Source: Escherichia coli
Lineage (GTDB): Bacteria; Pseudomonadota; Gammaproteobacteria; Enterobacterales; Enterobacteriaceae
Length of the DNA: 64,000 nt
Assembly: GCF_030013595.1 (NCBI RefSeq)
Contig: NZ_CP122768.1
Reading direction: 5' to 3' (one strand)
Positions 9,677 through 22,882 of the stretch are shown piece by piece. A program made the position numbers and the translations under genes. Position 1 is the stretch's first letter, and every line of letters begins with the position of its first letter. Below the pieces are notes generated by a model that did not search any database, had not been told where the DNA came from, and worked only from the letters and a program-made list of their open reading frames with translations.

Positions 9677-12136
9677 ATGGACACCGTGAATATTTATCGA
9701 CTCTCTTTTATATCCTGCCTGGTCATGGCGATACCTTCCGCATTGGCGGTCGAATTCAACCTGAATGTCCTCGATAAATCGATGCGAGATCGCATTGATA
9801 TTTCATTATTAAAGGAAAAAGGGGGCATTGCTCCCGGTGAATATTTTGTTAGCGTTGCGGTGAATAACAACCAAATCAGTAATGGGCAAAAAATCAACTG
9901 GCAAAAAAATGGTGACAAAACCATTCCATGCATCAATGATTCACTGGTCGATAAATTTGGTTTAAAACCAGATATCCGTCAGTCCTTGCCACAGATAGGT
10001 CGGTGTATTGATTTCAGTTCCCGACCTGAAATGCTCTTCAATTTCGATCAAGCCAATCAGCAACTGAATATTAGTATTCCGCAAGCCTGGCTGGCGTGGC
10101 ACTCAGATAACTGGACTCCCCCCTCAACATGGAAAGAAGGTGTCGCCGGCGTCCTGATGGACTACAACCTGTTTGCCAGCAGCTACCGCCCACAGGACGG
10201 CAGCAGCAGCACTAATCTGAATGCCTACGGAACAGCCGGAATTAACGCGGGAGCATGGCGTTTACGCAGTGATTACCAATTGAATCAGACCGATAGCGAT
10301 GATAACCATGAACAGTCAGGCGAAATATCACGCACCTATCTTTTTCGTCCATTACCGCAATTAGGTTCAAAATTAACCCTTGGTGAAACGGATTTCAGTT
10401 CCAATATTTTCGACGGCTTTTCTTATACCGGCGCGGCACTGGCAAGTGACGATCGGATGTTACCGTGGGAGCTACGCGGCTACGCCCCACAAATCAGCGG
10501 CATTGCACAAACCAACGCCACCGTCACCGTGAGTCACTCAGGGCGAGTTATTTACCAGAAAAAAGTCCCACCAGGTCCGTTTATCATTGATGACCTTAAT
10601 CAGTCCGTCCAGGGTACGTTGGATGTCAAAGTGACGGAAGAAGATGGTCGGGTGAACAATTTCCAGGTTTCGGCAGCATCGACGCCTTTCCTTACGCGCC
10701 AGGGGCAGGTTCGCTATAAACTTGCTGCCGGTCAGCCGCGAACATCTATGTCTCATCAAACTGAAAATGAAACCTTTTTTAGCAATGAAGTTTCCTGGGG
10801 GATGCTGTCAAATACCTCACTGTACGGCGGCCTGCTGATTTCGGGTGACGACTACCATTCTGCCGCAATGGGTATCGGGCAAAATATGCTCTGGCTTGGT
10901 GCGCTGTCTTTTGATGTCACCTGGGCCAGTAGCCATTTTGATACTCAGCAGGACGAGCGGGGCTTAAGCTACCGTTTTAATTACAGCAAACAAGTGGATG
11001 CCACCGACAGCACGATTTCGCTCGCCGCTTATCGTTTCTCCGATCGTCATTTTCACAGCTACGCCAACTATCTGGATCACAAATACAACGACAGCGATGC
11101 GCAGGACGAAAAACAGACGATCAGCTTATCCGTGGGCCAACCGATTACCCCACTGAACCTCAATCTGTACGCCAACCTGCTGCATCAAACCTGGTGGAAT
11201 GCAGACGCCTCCACGACCGCCAACATCACGGCGGGTTTTAATGTTGATATTGGTAACTGGAGAGATATCTCGATCTCGACGTCATTCAATACAACCCATT
11301 ACGAAGATAAAGATCGCGACAATCAGATTTACCTGTCGATTTCGCTCCCCTTCGGTAACGGGGGGCGGGTCGGTTATGACATGCAAAACAGTAGTCACAG
11401 CACCACGCACCGCATGTCGTGGAATGATACGTTAGATGAACGTAATAGCTGGGGCATGTCTACCGGACTGCAATCCGACCGTCCGGATAATGGAGCCCAG
11501 CTGAGCGGTAACTATCAGCACCTGAGTTCAGCGGGTGAGTGGGATATTTCTGGTACCTATGCCGCCAATGATTACAGTTCCGTCAGCAGCAGCTGGAGCG
11601 GTTCTTTCACGGCAACTCAATATGGTGCGGCGTTCCATCGCCGCAGCTCCACCAATGAACCACGCCTGATGGTCAGCACCGATGGCGTGGCAGATATTCC
11701 GGTTCAGGGCAATCTCGACTACACCAACCATTTTGGCATTGCGGTGGTGCCGTTGATTTCCAGTTACCAGCCTTCCACCGTGGCGGTGAACATGAATGAT
11801 TTACCCGACGGCGTAACAGTGGCAGATAACGTTATCAAAGAAACGTGGATTGAAGGCGCGATAGGTTACAAATCACTGGCTTCCCGTTCCGGTAAAGACG
11901 TTAACGTCATCATTCGCAACGCCAGCGGTCAGTTCCCTCCCCTCGGAGCGGATATCCGCCAGGAGGATAGCGGCATTAGCGTGGGAATGGTTGGCGAGGA
12001 AGGACACGCCTGGTTAAGCGGAGTCGCTGAAAATCAACAATTTACCGTGATCTGGGGTGATAGCCAGCGTTGCTCGATCCATCTTCCTGAACATATGGAA
12101 GACACCGCAAATCGCCTGATTTTACCTTGTCATTAA
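9677..12136 (+). CDS. ybgQ: outer-membrane fimbrial usher protein
   Basis: ORF track 9635..12136 starts at TTG inside the hairpin; ATG at 9677 (MDTVNIYRLSFISCLVMAIPSALA, signal-peptide-like) preferred; length typical of ushers; exact start uncertain. Confidence 0.85.
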   Translation: MDTVNIYRLSFISCLVMAIPSALAVEFNLNVLDKSMRDRIDISLLKEKGGIAPGEYFVSVAVNNNQISNGQKINWQKNGDKTIPCINDSLVDKFGLKPDIRQSLPQIGRCIDFSSRPEMLFNFDQANQQLNISIPQAWLAWHSDNWTPPSTWKEGVAGVLMDYNLFASSYRPQDGSSSTNLNAYGTAGINAGAWRLRSDYQLNQTDSDDNHEQSGEISRTYLFRPLPQLGSKLTLGETDFSSNIFDGFSYTGAALASDDRMLPWELRGYAPQISGIAQTNATVTVSHSGRVIYQKKVPPGPFIIDDLNQSVQGTLDVKVTEEDGRVNNFQVSAASTPFLTRQGQVRYKLAAGQPRTSMSHQTENETFFSNEVSWGMLSNTSLYGGLLISGDDYHSAAMGIGQNMLWLGALSFDVTWASSHFDTQQDERGLSYRFNYSKQVDATDSTISLAAYRFSDRHFHSYANYLDHKYNDSDAQDEKQTISLSVGQPITPLNLNLYANLLHQTWWNADASTTANITAGFNVDIGNWRDISISTSFNTTHYEDKDRDNQIYLSISLPFGNGGRVGYDMQNSSHSTTHRMSWNDTLDERNSWGMSTGLQSDRPDNGAQLSGNYQHLSSAGEWDISGTYAANDYSSVSSSWSGSFTATQYGAAFHRRSSTNEPRLMVSTDGVADIPVQGNLDYTNHFGIAVVPLISSYQPSTVAVNMNDLPDGVTVADNVIKETWIEGAIGYKSLASRSGKDVNVIIRNASGQFPPLGADIRQEDSGISVGMVGEEGHAWLSGVAENQQFTVIWGDSQRCSIHLPEHMEDTANRLILPCH

Positions 12137-12151
12137 TTAAGGAAATGAAAA

Positions 12152-12883
12152 ATGACATTTATGAAAGGACTTCCCCTTTTGTTGTTGATTGCCAGTCTGT
12201 GCAGCTACGCTGCGCTACAACCCGATCGCACTCGCATTGTGTTTAACGCTAATGATAAAGCCACCAGCCTACGAGTGGATAATCGTAGCGATAAACTCCC
12301 CTACCTCGCTTATTCCTGGCTCGAAAATGAAAAAGGGGAGAAAAGCGACGATCTTCTGGTCGCCCTGCCACCGATACAACGTCTGGAACCGAAAGCAACA
12401 ACGCAGGTGCGGATAGTCAAGCAAGCCTCGACCGCGAAATTACCGGGCGATCGCGAAACGCTATTTTTCTACAATATGCGTGAAATTCCTCCCTCCCCAG
12501 AAAAAAACAGCGGCCATGCCGTTCTGCAGGTCGCCATCCAGAGTCGTATCAAGGTGTTCTGGAGACCGTCCGCGTTACGCAAGAAAGCAGGAGAAAAAGT
12601 CGAGCTACAGTTACAAGTCAGCCAGCAGGGCAATCAACTTAACTTAAAAAACCCGACCGGCTATTACCTGACAATCGCCTACCTGGGACGAAATGAGCAA
12701 GCTGTTCTCCCGGGCTTCAAAACCGTGATGGTTGCGCCTTTTAGTACAGTAATTACAAACACCGGAAGTTATAGCGGCAGTCAGTTTTATCTCGGTTATA
12801 TGGATGATTACGGCGCGTTACGCATGACGACGCTCAATTGCAACGGACATTGCCGTTTACAAGCAGTGGAGGCGAAGAAATGA
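12152..12883 (+). CDS. ybgP: periplasmic fimbrial chaperone (PapD-like)
   Basis: ORF track 243 aa [20 protein letters not shown]...; follows the usher gene. Confidence 0.85.
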   Translation: MTFMKGLPLLLLIASLCSYAALQPDRTRIVFNANDKATSLRVDNRSDKLPYLAYSWLENEKGEKSDDLLVALPPIQRLEPKATTQVRIVKQASTAKLPGDRETLFFYNMREIPPSPEKNSGHAVLQVAIQSRIKVFWRPSALRKKAGEKVELQLQVSQQGNQLNLKNPTGYYLTIAYLGRNEQAVLPGFKTVMVAPFSTVITNTGSYSGSQFYLGYMDDYGALRMTTLNCNGHCRLQAVEAKK

Positions 12884-13941
12884 GTACTGGCAAAGGATTG
12901 TTGCTCGTCATCTGTCTGTTATTTCTGCCATTGAAGTCTGCGCTAGCGCTGAACTGCTATTTTGGTACTTCCGGCGGAACGGTAGAAAAATCGGAAGCGA
13001 TTCAACCCTTTGCTGTGCCAGGTAATGCCAAACCCGGCGATAAGATCTGGGAATCTGACGATATTAAAATTCCCGTCTATTGTGACAACAATACCAACGG
13101 CAACTTTGAAAGCGAACATGTCTACGCATGGGTAAACCCCTACCCGGGGGTACAGGATCGTTATTATCAACTCGGCGTGACATACAATGGTGTCGATTAC
13201 GATGCCAGTCTGGGGAAAAGCCGCATCGACACCAACCAGTGTATCGACAGTAAGAATATTAACATTTATACCCCTGAGCAGATTATCGCGATGGGCTGGC
13301 AGAACAAAATATGCTCGGGTGACCCCGCTAATATTCACATGTCGCGAACCTTTCTCGCTCGTATGCGGTTATACGTTAAGATTCGCGAAATGCCGCCGCA
13401 TGATTATCAAAGTACGCTTAGCGACTACATCGTCGTGCAATTTGATGGTGCCGGTAGCGTTAACGAAGACCCTACCGCCCAAAACCTGAAATATCATATT
13501 ACTGGTCTGGAAAACATTCGCGTGCTGGATTGCAGCGTCAATTTTTCCATTTCACCGGAAACACAGGTGATTGATTTTGGTAAATTTAATTTGCTGGATA
13601 TTCGTCGCCACACAATGTCGAAAACATTCAGTATTAAGACGACAAAATCACAAAATGACCAGTGCACCGACGGATTTAAGGTCAGCTCTTCGTTTTATAC
13701 CGAAGAAACATTGATTGAAGAGGATAAAGCACTGCTGATTAGTAATGGACTGAAGCTACGTTTGCTGGATGAAAATTCTTCACCCTATACTTTCAACAAA
13801 TACAGCGAATATGCTGATTTCACTAGCGATATGCTGATCTACGAAAAAACCTATACGGCTGAACTTTCGTCCATTCCCGGCACCCCCATCGAAGCGGGTC
13901 CCTTCGATACAGTGGTGCTTTTTAAGATTAACTATAACTAA
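12880..13941 (+). CDS. ybgO: fimbrial adhesin-like protein
   Basis: Within ORF 12838..13941; start at [23 protein letters not shown] (ATG 12880, ATGA overlap with ybgP stop). Confidence 0.8.
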   Translation: MSTGKGLLLVICLLFLPLKSALALNCYFGTSGGTVEKSEAIQPFAVPGNAKPGDKIWESDDIKIPVYCDNNTNGNFESEHVYAWVNPYPGVQDRYYQLGVTYNGVDYDASLGKSRIDTNQCIDSKNINIYTPEQIIAMGWQNKICSGDPANIHMSRTFLARMRLYVKIREMPPHDYQSTLSDYIVVQFDGAGSVNEDPTAQNLKYHITGLENIRVLDCSVNFSISPETQVIDFGKFNLLDIRRHTMSKTFSIKTTKSQNDQCTDGFKVSSSFYTEETLIEEDKALLISNGLKLRLLDENSSPYTFNKYSEYADFTSDMLIYEKTYTAELSSIPGTPIEAGPFDTVVLFKINYN

Positions 13942-14093
13942 TTTATCATGATGCCCTTTGCAGTCAGTAAAGGGCCTCTCTTTCAGAAAATTGCTGATTT
14001 TCCCCTTTTCCTTGATTGCTGTTATTTTTTCCTGGCCCGGCTTTCTTTATGCTGTATCGATACACCAAAGAAAAAATAATGAGGGAACGAAGG

Positions 14094-15140
14094 ATGCCAG
14101 TTTTGCAGTGGGGAATGTTATGTGTGCTCTCACTTCTCCTTTCTATTGGTTTCCTCGCGGTTCATCTCCCGGCGGCGCTATTACTTGGGCCGATGATCGC
14201 CGGGATCATCTTTAGTATGCGCGGAATTACTCTGCAACTTCCCCGCTCTGCTTTTCTCGCCGCCCAGGCCATTCTTGGCTGCATGATTGCGCAAAACCTC
14301 ACTGGTTCGATTCTCACCACGCTGGCCGTCAACTGGCCGATCGTGCTTACAATTTTACTGGTGACGCTGCTTTCCAGCGCCATTGTTGGGTGGCTACTGG
14401 TGCGCTATAGCTCATTACCTGGAAATACTGGTGCCTGGGGTTCTTCTCCTGGCGGCGCGGCGGCAATGGTCGCTATGGCGCAAGATTACGGCGCAGATAT
14501 TCGCCTGGTGGCGTTTATGCAATATCTGCGAGTGCTGTTCGTCGCGGGGGCAGCTGTTCTGGTCACCCGCATGATGCTGGGTGATAACGCTGAAGCGGTT
14601 AACCAGCAAATCGTCTGGTTCCCTTCAGTGAGCATTAATCTCCTGCTTACGATTTTGCTCGCAGTCGTTGCCGGTACAGTGGGATGCTTGCTACGTCTTC
14701 CTTCCGGCACGATGCTCATCCCGATGCTGGCGGGCGCAGTGCTCCAGTCTGGTCAGCTCATCACCATCGAACTACCGGAATGGCTGCTTGCGATGGCGTA
14801 TATGGCAATTGGCTGGCGGATTGGCCTTGGTTTCGATAAACAAATCTTACTGCGGGCACTACGCCCGCTACCGCAAATCCTGCTGTCGATTTTTGCTCTG
14901 CTGGCTATTTGTGCAGGTATGGCGTGGGGGCTGACCCGGTTTATGCATATTGATTTTATGACTGCCTACCTCGCCACCAGTCCCGGCGGGCTTGATACCG
15001 TGGCGGTCATCGCCGCAGGGAGCAATGCCGATATGGCGCTTATTATGGCGATGCAAACCCTGCGCCTGTTCAGTATTTTGCTGACGGGGCCAGCCATTGC
15101 GCGGTTTATTTCAACCTATGCGCCGAAGCGGTCGGCCTAG
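14094..15140 (+). CDS. abrB: AbrB-family inner-membrane protein (putative regulator of aidB)
   Basis: Within ORF 14016..15140; start at [12 protein letters not shown] (ATG 14094), highly hydrophobic 348 aa; 4-nt overlap with the convergent nei stop. Confidence 0.85.
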   Translation: MPVLQWGMLCVLSLLLSIGFLAVHLPAALLLGPMIAGIIFSMRGITLQLPRSAFLAAQAILGCMIAQNLTGSILTTLAVNWPIVLTILLVTLLSSAIVGWLLVRYSSLPGNTGAWGSSPGGAAAMVAMAQDYGADIRLVAFMQYLRVLFVAGAAVLVTRMMLGDNAEAVNQQIVWFPSVSINLLLTILLAVVAGTVGCLLRLPSGTMLIPMLAGAVLQSGQLITIELPEWLLAMAYMAIGWRIGLGFDKQILLRALRPLPQILLSIFALLAICAGMAWGLTRFMHIDFMTAYLATSPGGLDTVAVIAAGSNADMALIMAMQTLRLFSILLTGPAIARFISTYAPKRSA

Positions 15141-15928
15141 TGCTGGCAGCCTGGACACCAGTAAAACGGGCGCGAGGACAACGTGGTTTTCTCAATGATG
15201 CTGCCACAGCGTTCACACGGTTCGCCATCACGATGAAAAACCTTAAAGCGAAACAACGCCCCATGATGTTTATTCTCATCCACCTGCCCCCGCGTAGCGT
15301 AAGAAAGTCGAGGAATATCCAGTAACGCGTCTGCGAGTGCATCCAGTTGCGCCGCACTGAGATCTTTCGCTTTATGATTGCCGGTTAACCCCACCTGCCA
15401 GAGGATCTCCACCCGCAAATAATTGCCAAGCCCAGCCAGAAACGCCTGATCGAGTAGTAATCCAGCAAACTGACGGTTACGAAAGCGCGGCGACAATAAT
15501 CGTTCCTTTACCACCTCTGGCGTCAGATTCGGATCCAGCACATCTGGACCAACGCGTTGTAAAAACGGATGCGTGGTCAGTTGTTCCGGGGTCAACATCT
15601 CAATATCCGAGGCGCTATAAAGCAGAATGGTTTTGTCAGCCGTTTGCAGTTTTACCCGCAATACTCGCGTGGTCTGCGGCTCTTCGCCGGTTTCAACCAC
15701 GCGCCAGACGCCGTAAAGCTGATTATGGCTGTAGAGCGTTAAACCGTTGGAAAAATGAGTTAACAACGCCTTACCACGCGTTTCCACATGGGTAATCTGT
15801 TGACCGATAAGTCGTGATTGATAAGATTTTAACTGCGGGAAGGCAAACCAGACATCAGTTAGTGGTTTGCCTTTGATCGCCGCCTCCAGGTTATCCGCTG
15901 CACGGCGGATCTCCGGGCCTTCAGGCAT
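15137..15928 (-). CDS. nei: endonuclease VIII (DNA glycosylase/AP lyase)
   Basis: ORF track 263 aa [17 protein letters not shown]..., C-terminal zinc finger [26 protein letters not shown]. Confidence 0.96.
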   Translation of the reverse strand: MPEGPEIRRAADNLEAAIKGKPLTDVWFAFPQLKSYQSRLIGQQITHVETRGKALLTHFSNGLTLYSHNQLYGVWRVVETGEEPQTTRVLRVKLQTADKTILLYSASDIEMLTPEQLTTHPFLQRVGPDVLDPNLTPEVVKERLLSPRFRNRQFAGLLLDQAFLAGLGNYLRVEILWQVGLTGNHKAKDLSAAQLDALADALLDIPRLSYATRGQVDENKHHGALFRFKVFHRDGEPCERCGSIIEKTTLSSRPFYWCPGCQH

Positions 15929-15963
15929 GGTGATATCCTTTTTTCATTCTTTATTAAGCGGGG

Positions 15964-16698
15964 TTATGCTGCGACAACAATCCCCTTTTCGGCAAATGTA
16001 GAGCGTAGTCGGCGGGCGAACGCCAGTGCGTGCTCGCCATCGCCATGCAGGCAGACCGTTTGCGCCGTGACCGTTGCCCATTCGCCGGTGATGCTTTTGA
16101 CTCTGCCGTGTTGCACCATCTCCAACGTTTGCGCCAGCGCCTGTTCTTCGTTTTCAATCAACGCGCCTGGCTGGCTTCGCGGCACCAGCGAACCGTCTGC
16201 CTGATAACCGCGATCGGCAAACACTTCCTCGCGCGTTGTCAGGCCATATTGCTTGCCTGCACGAATCAGCTCGCTTCCTGCCAGCCCGACGAGAATCAAT
16301 GCCGGATCGCAAGCGTATACCGCTCTGGCGATGGCGTCTGCCAGTTGTGCCTCTTTCGCCGCCTGGTTGTATAACATGCCGTGCGGTTTGACATGACACA
16401 TTACGCCGCCTTGCGCACGGGTAATCGCTGCCAGCGCGCCAATTTGATACAGCGTCTGGGCGTAAACGGTTTCTGGCGGCAGCTGCATGGCTCTGCGACC
16501 AAAATTTTCCCTGTCGGGAAAACTCGGATGAGCGCCAATCGCAACACCATTTTTTATTGCTTCACGCACGCAAGCCTGCATGGTTTGCGCATCGCCTGCA
16601 TGAAATCCACAGGCAATATTGGCAGAGGAAACCAGCGTTAATAGCTCTGCATCGCTGGCATAGCCTTCGCCCAGATCGGCGTTCAGGTCAATTTTCAT
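15964..16698 (-). CDS. pxpA: 5-oxoprolinase subunit A (LamB/YcsF family)
   Basis: ORF track 244 aa [20 protein letters not shown]...; last gene of the ybgJKL operon. Confidence 0.9.
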   Translation of the reverse strand: MKIDLNADLGEGYASDAELLTLVSSANIACGFHAGDAQTMQACVREAIKNGVAIGAHPSFPDRENFGRRAMQLPPETVYAQTLYQIGALAAITRAQGGVMCHVKPHGMLYNQAAKEAQLADAIARAVYACDPALILVGLAGSELIRAGKQYGLTTREEVFADRGYQADGSLVPRSQPGALIENEEQALAQTLEMVQHGRVKSITGEWATVTAQTVCLHGDGEHALAFARRLRSTFAEKGIVVAA

Positions 16699-17620
16699 TG
16701 TGCAGCCGCCACGCTAATTGTTCGAAATAACGTTGCTGATCTTGCCGTGCTTTCAGTGCCTCTTCCAGTGAACACTGGACAAAATGAATCGGCTGACCGA
16801 GCGGAATTTGCGCCAGATGGTACATATCAGCCTCAATGATACAGGCAATACGCGGATAACCACCCGTGGTCTGTGCGTCGTTCATTAACACAATGGGCTG
16901 CCCGTTATGCGGCACCTGCACCACACCCGGTAACAAACCGTGAGATAACAGTTCGCGATCGGTGGTGCGTTTTAAAATTTGCCCCTGTAAGCGATAGCCC
17001 ATGCGGTTACTTTGCGAGCTAAGCTGCCAGGGCGAACGCCAGAATGCATCCTGCGAGGCGCGATCGAACTCATGATATTCCGGCCCCGGCAAGGCGCGAA
17101 TGCGGTTGCCCCACAGCAGCTGTTTAACGCCCTGCGCTTCCATAAAATCACGCTTCGATTTGCCAATCGGGAGTCGGTCACCATCCTTCAGTAAACGGCC
17201 TTCCAGCCCGCCAATCCCCACTTTGAGATCGGTGCTGCATGACCCCATTACCGGCGGAACATCAATACCACCCGCGACCGCCAGATAACTGCGCATCCCG
17301 TGCTGCGGGCGTTTAAGCGTTAAACGCTGGCCTGCTTTCATCGGCAATCGCCAGCCGGTCCAGACGGCGTTATCATCCAGCCGCGCTTCGCAACCGGCCC
17401 CCGTCAGAGCAAACCACCCATCAGTTTCGAACTCAACCGTTAACTGACCGAGCGTGATCTCCAGCGCGGGGGCATTGGCGTCATTACCCACCAGTAGGTT
17501 AGCAATGCGTAACGCGGGCATATCCAGTGCGCCGCAGTGGCTGATACCCGACTGGCGAAAACCGTGACGACCGCCATCCTGCACAGTGGTATACATGCCC
17601 GCACGAATAATCTTCAGCAT
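16688..17620 (-). CDS. pxpC: 5-oxoprolinase subunit C (allophanate hydrolase subunit 2-like)
   Basis: ORF track 310 aa [20 protein letters not shown]...; overlaps pxpB stop and pxpA start. Confidence 0.9.
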   Translation of the reverse strand: MLKIIRAGMYTTVQDGGRHGFRQSGISHCGALDMPALRIANLLVGNDANAPALEITLGQLTVEFETDGWFALTGAGCEARLDDNAVWTGWRLPMKAGQRLTLKRPQHGMRSYLAVAGGIDVPPVMGSCSTDLKVGIGGLEGRLLKDGDRLPIGKSKRDFMEAQGVKQLLWGNRIRALPGPEYHEFDRASQDAFWRSPWQLSSQSNRMGYRLQGQILKRTTDRELLSHGLLPGVVQVPHNGQPIVLMNDAQTTGGYPRIACIIEADMYHLAQIPLGQPIHFVQCSLEEALKARQDQQRYFEQLAWRLHNEN

Positions 17621-18270
17621 ACTCCCTCCTTCTGCGGTACAAAGCGCACGCTGTCTCCCGGACGTAATAAGATGGGTTCGTCACGCGCCGGATCAAACAG
17701 GCTGAGTGAGGTATGACCAATCAACTGCCAGCCACCCGGCGTTGCCAGCGGATAAATACCAGTCTGCGGCCCGCCGATCCCGACAGAACCTGCCGGAACG
17801 AGCAAGCGCGGTTCAGCGCGCCGTGGCGTGTGTAGTTGTTCCGGCAAACTCCCGAGATACGGGAAGCCCGGTTGAAAACCTAAAAACCAGACCACGTATT
17901 CCACGGAGGAGTGCAATTCAACAACCTGTTTCTCACTCAACCCACAATGCGCCGCGACCACCGCTAAATCCGGTCCGCCTGCACCACCGTAAACCACCGG
18001 AATTTCAATAAAACGAGACTCCGGCTCCAGCGCCTCACTCTCCTCCCACCAGCGTTGCAAACGCTCTATGGCATCCAGTGCCAGCGACTCAGGATTACGT
18101 AAAATCACCGTGATATTGTTCATCCCCGGTATCGCTTCAACCACATTCGGCATATCCACCAGACGCTGCGCCAGTCGCCAGATCCGTTTCTGGCTAGCCA
18201 GCGTCACCGGCGGTTCCAGCTCCAGCACTACCGCCGTTTCACCTATCAGATAACAACGCGCTCGTTGCAC
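17614..18270 (-). CDS. pxpB: 5-oxoprolinase subunit B
   Basis: ORF track 218 aa [15 protein letters not shown]...; apparent GTG start. Confidence 0.88.
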   Translation of the reverse strand: MQRARCYLIGETAVVLELEPPVTLASQKRIWRLAQRLVDMPNVVEAIPGMNNITVILRNPESLALDAIERLQRWWEESEALEPESRFIEIPVVYGGAGGPDLAVVAAHCGLSEKQVVELHSSVEYVVWFLGFQPGFPYLGSLPEQLHTPRRAEPRLLVPAGSVGIGGPQTGIYPLATPGGWQLIGHTSLSLFDPARDEPILLRPGDSVRFVPQKEGVC

Positions 18271-18292
18271 TTTCGATCCCTCTGATTATTCG

Positions 18293-19036
18293 TTATGCAG
18301 GATTAGGAATATCAATAAAGGTCACATCAAGATCGGTATTTTCATTCAGCCACTCGCTCAACGCGCGAATACCACCACGTTCAGTGGCATGGTGACCCGC
18401 AGCATAAAAATGCAATCCCTGCTCGCGGGCTGAATGAATGGTCTGTTCAGAAACTTCGCCAGTAATAAAAGCATCCACGCCAAAACGCGCGGCGCTATCG
18501 ATAAAACTTTGCCCGCCGCCCGTGCACCAGGCAACGCGCTGGACCACCTCAGGTCCGGTATCGCCACACCATAACGGCTTACGTCCCAGACGCGCTTCAA
18601 TCCAGGAAGCCAGCTCCAGTCCCGGCACAGGCATGGTCAGCTCGCCCCACGGCACCAACGGCTCAATTTCGCCCATGACCGTGATCCCCAGTAACGCCGC
18701 CAGCTGTGCGTTATTGCCCAACTCAGGATGTGCGTCAAGCGGCAAATGCCAGCCATACAGGTTGATATCATTCGCCAGCAACGTTTTTAAACGGTTACGC
18801 TTCATGCCGCGAATGACCGGGGATTCGCCTTTCCAGAAGTAGCCATGATGCACAATGACCGCATCCGCGCCCAGACGCACCGCTTCATCGAGCAAAGCCT
18901 GGCTGGCAGTGACACCGGTAACAATTTTTTGCACCGTCTCTTTGCCTTCCACCTGCAAACCATTCGGCGCGTAATCACTAATCGCCGCGCTGTTCAGTTT
19001 TTCGTTAATCAGTTGTTCCAGTTCGGTGTTTTTCAT
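18293..19036 (-). CDS. ybgI: NIF3-family metal-binding protein (GTP cyclohydrolase 1 type 2 homolog)
   Basis: ORF track 247 aa MKNTELEQLINEKLNSAAISDYAPNGLQVEG... Confidence 0.9.
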   Translation of the reverse strand: MKNTELEQLINEKLNSAAISDYAPNGLQVEGKETVQKIVTGVTASQALLDEAVRLGADAVIVHHGYFWKGESPVIRGMKRNRLKTLLANDINLYGWHLPLDAHPELGNNAQLAALLGITVMGEIEPLVPWGELTMPVPGLELASWIEARLGRKPLWCGDTGPEVVQRVAWCTGGGQSFIDSAARFGVDAFITGEVSEQTIHSAREQGLHFYAAGHHATERGGIRALSEWLNENTDLDVTFIDIPNPA

Positions 19037-19123
19037 CTTCGCGCCTTCCGTATTCTGATAGCTACACCGTTAACATAGCGTTACCTCGCCTGTTCGTCGA
19101 TAGCCAATCTTTTGACATATTAA

Positions 19124-20788
<1,665 letters not shown>

Positions 20789-20803
20789 CAGGCCAGCACC
20801 ATG

Positions 20804-20834
20804 CCTGATAAAACGCTCGCTGCGTTTTATCAGG
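20804..20834. terminator. bidirectional hairpin between convergent dtpD and phr
   Basis: CCTGATAAAACG ... CGTTTTATCAGG inverted repeat in the 41-bp gap. Confidence 0.5.
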
Positions 20835-22248
20835 CTCCTTTCCTCGCTTCTTCGTACGCTGCCAGCGTTCGCAGCCTTGCCTCTTTATGATCAACTATCG
20901 GTTGCGGATAATCCAGCGTCACACCTGCTTTCTGCGCCCATTTCCACGGCTCATGCACCACTTTCCCTGGCACATCGCGCAGTTCCGGTAGCCACCGGCG
21001 GATAAACTCGCCTTCGCGGTCAAATTTCTCGCCCTGGGTTGTCGGGTTAAAAATACGAAAATACGGCGCTGCATCGGTTCCGGTTGAAGCGGCCCACTGC
21101 CAGCCACCGTTATTGGCTGCCAAATCACCATCAATCAGCTGCGACATGAAATATCGCTCACCTTCGCGCCAGTCGATCAATAAATCTTTCACCAAAAAAC
21201 TGGCTGTAATCATCCGTAGCCGGTTATGCATCCAGCCAGTGGTGTTAAGCTGACGCATGGCAGCATCAACAATCGGGTATCCCGTTTTGCCTTCCTGCCA
21301 GGCCTGTAAATGTGCGGGATTGCTCTGCCACTGCACACGATCCGTCCAGGCAATAAACGGACAATGTTTACACAACGAGGGGTAATACGTCATCAGATGA
21401 CGGTAGAACTCGCGCCAGATCAGCTCACTAAGCCAGACACTACCGGCCCCACCGTCCAGCGCCTGCGGCTGTTCCGCCAACAAGCGATGCAAACACTGGC
21501 GAGGCGATAACCCGCCCGTTGCCAGGCTGGCGGACAAACGACTGGTGCCTTCCACTGCCGGAAAATCTCGTTGTTGCTCATATTCTCCGGCACCGTTCTG
21601 GCAAAACTGGCGTAATTGCGCAATCGCAGCTTTTTCTTCCACCGGGAAATGCGCAGTATCGAGAGGCTGACGAGGATAATTCAGCGTAATGGATGGCGCG
21701 GGATCTATCGATCCACTACTACGTACTTTTGGCGCAGCGACGCACTCCGGCATCCCTTCCCGCAGTCGTTTCAGCCAGGCGTTTTTAAATGGTGTAAAGA
21801 CTTTGTACATCTCATGATTGCCGGTCATCACCGCCCCCGGCGGCAGGATCACGCTGTCATCAAATCCTTCACACACCACGTTACGCAGCGCTCTTTCAAC
21901 TTCCACATCCCGCGCCCGCTCATTCACCTCATACTGATAGTTATAAAACAGATGGGTAACACGATTTTCCGCGCACACCTGTTTAACTATTTCGACGCTG
22001 GCGGCAAAGTCATCCACTTCATGAAACAGCAAAGGAATGCCTTTTTCCGCCAGCGCGATTTGTAGCCCGTTCAGTTGTGCATTGATAAATTCAGCCTGAC
22101 GCGGCGACATATTATGCGCCGCCCACTGGCGTGGGGTAGCGATATACAACGCCAGCACGCGCGCAGACGAATTGCGGCAGGCGGCAGCCAGCGCGAGATT
22201 ATCGTGCTGACGCAAATCCTGGCGAAACCAGACCAGATGGGTAGTCAT
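20830..22248 (-). CDS. phr: deoxyribodipyrimidine photolyase
   Basis: ORF track 472 aa MTTHLVWFRQDLRQHDNLALAAA... Confidence 0.96.
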   Translation of the reverse strand: MTTHLVWFRQDLRQHDNLALAAACRNSSARVLALYIATPRQWAAHNMSPRQAEFINAQLNGLQIALAEKGIPLLFHEVDDFAASVEIVKQVCAENRVTHLFYNYQYEVNERARDVEVERALRNVVCEGFDDSVILPPGAVMTGNHEMYKVFTPFKNAWLKRLREGMPECVAAPKVRSSGSIDPAPSITLNYPRQPLDTAHFPVEEKAAIAQLRQFCQNGAGEYEQQRDFPAVEGTSRLSASLATGGLSPRQCLHRLLAEQPQALDGGAGSVWLSELIWREFYRHLMTYYPSLCKHCPFIAWTDRVQWQSNPAHLQAWQEGKTGYPIVDAAMRQLNTTGWMHNRLRMITASFLVKDLLIDWREGERYFMSQLIDGDLAANNGGWQWAASTGTDAAPYFRIFNPTTQGEKFDREGEFIRRWLPELRDVPGKVVHEPWKWAQKAGVTLDYPQPIVDHKEARLRTLAAYEEARKGA

Positions 22249-22754
22249 AAAACTCCTGAATGGCGCAAGTTAATCACACGCGGCCAAAGTTCGAAATAAC
22301 GCTGCCCTGAAAGCCAGGCGTCAGGATAAAGCGCCATATAGTGTTTGATACGCATCAGCGGCGCAAGAAGTGGTTGCTCGCCACGGCGATAACTGTCGAT
22401 AAGCGCAGCCAGCTGCTGGCGTTCTGTGGAATCAATATGAGGGCGAAAATAACCCTGAACGTGCATCAAAACATTGGTGTGGTCACGTCGGTTGGCGGGG
22501 TGAGAAAGCAAAACAACTACGCGTTGGCGGTACTGGTTGTAATAGTCATCCAGATTTTGCCACTGGTGAATATCAGCCACGAACGGGCCAAGTTTGCGGT
22601 ATTCCGGCTGGGAATGAGCCAGAAAGACGAGTTTATAGCGGCTGTGATAATCGAGAAGCGCCCCGCGCGTTAAGCCATGTTCTTTCAGTCGATGTAACTC
22701 ATGAAGCGCGAAGATACGGATTAGAGTGCTGTCATCAAATCGTTGCTGATTCAT
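22245..22754 (-). CDS. ybgA: DUF1722-family protein, co-transcribed with phr
   Basis: ORF track 169 aa MNQQRFDDSTLIRIFALHEL...; stop overlaps phr start. Confidence 0.9.
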   Translation of the reverse strand: MNQQRFDDSTLIRIFALHELHRLKEHGLTRGALLDYHSRYKLVFLAHSQPEYRKLGPFVADIHQWQNLDDYYNQYRQRVVVLLSHPANRRDHTNVLMHVQGYFRPHIDSTERQQLAALIDSYRRGEQPLLAPLMRIKHYMALYPDAWLSGQRYFELWPRVINLRHSGVL

Positions 22755-22882
22755 TACTGCTCCTGAACGGTTTACAGGAGTAAGTGTAGACGTTGGTAAA
22801 TGATGTTTGTGAAGTTAATCCGCTAGCAGGGCAAGATTACGAAAGCGCGCTCCCCGCAAGCAACTCATCAAGGTAGTTAATC

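Noticed and set aside
22755-22882. Possible LexA/SOS box upstream of the SymE-like gene
   Set aside because: CTGAACGGTTTACAG has 9-nt spacing and coincides with the ybgA RBS on the other strand; not convincing.
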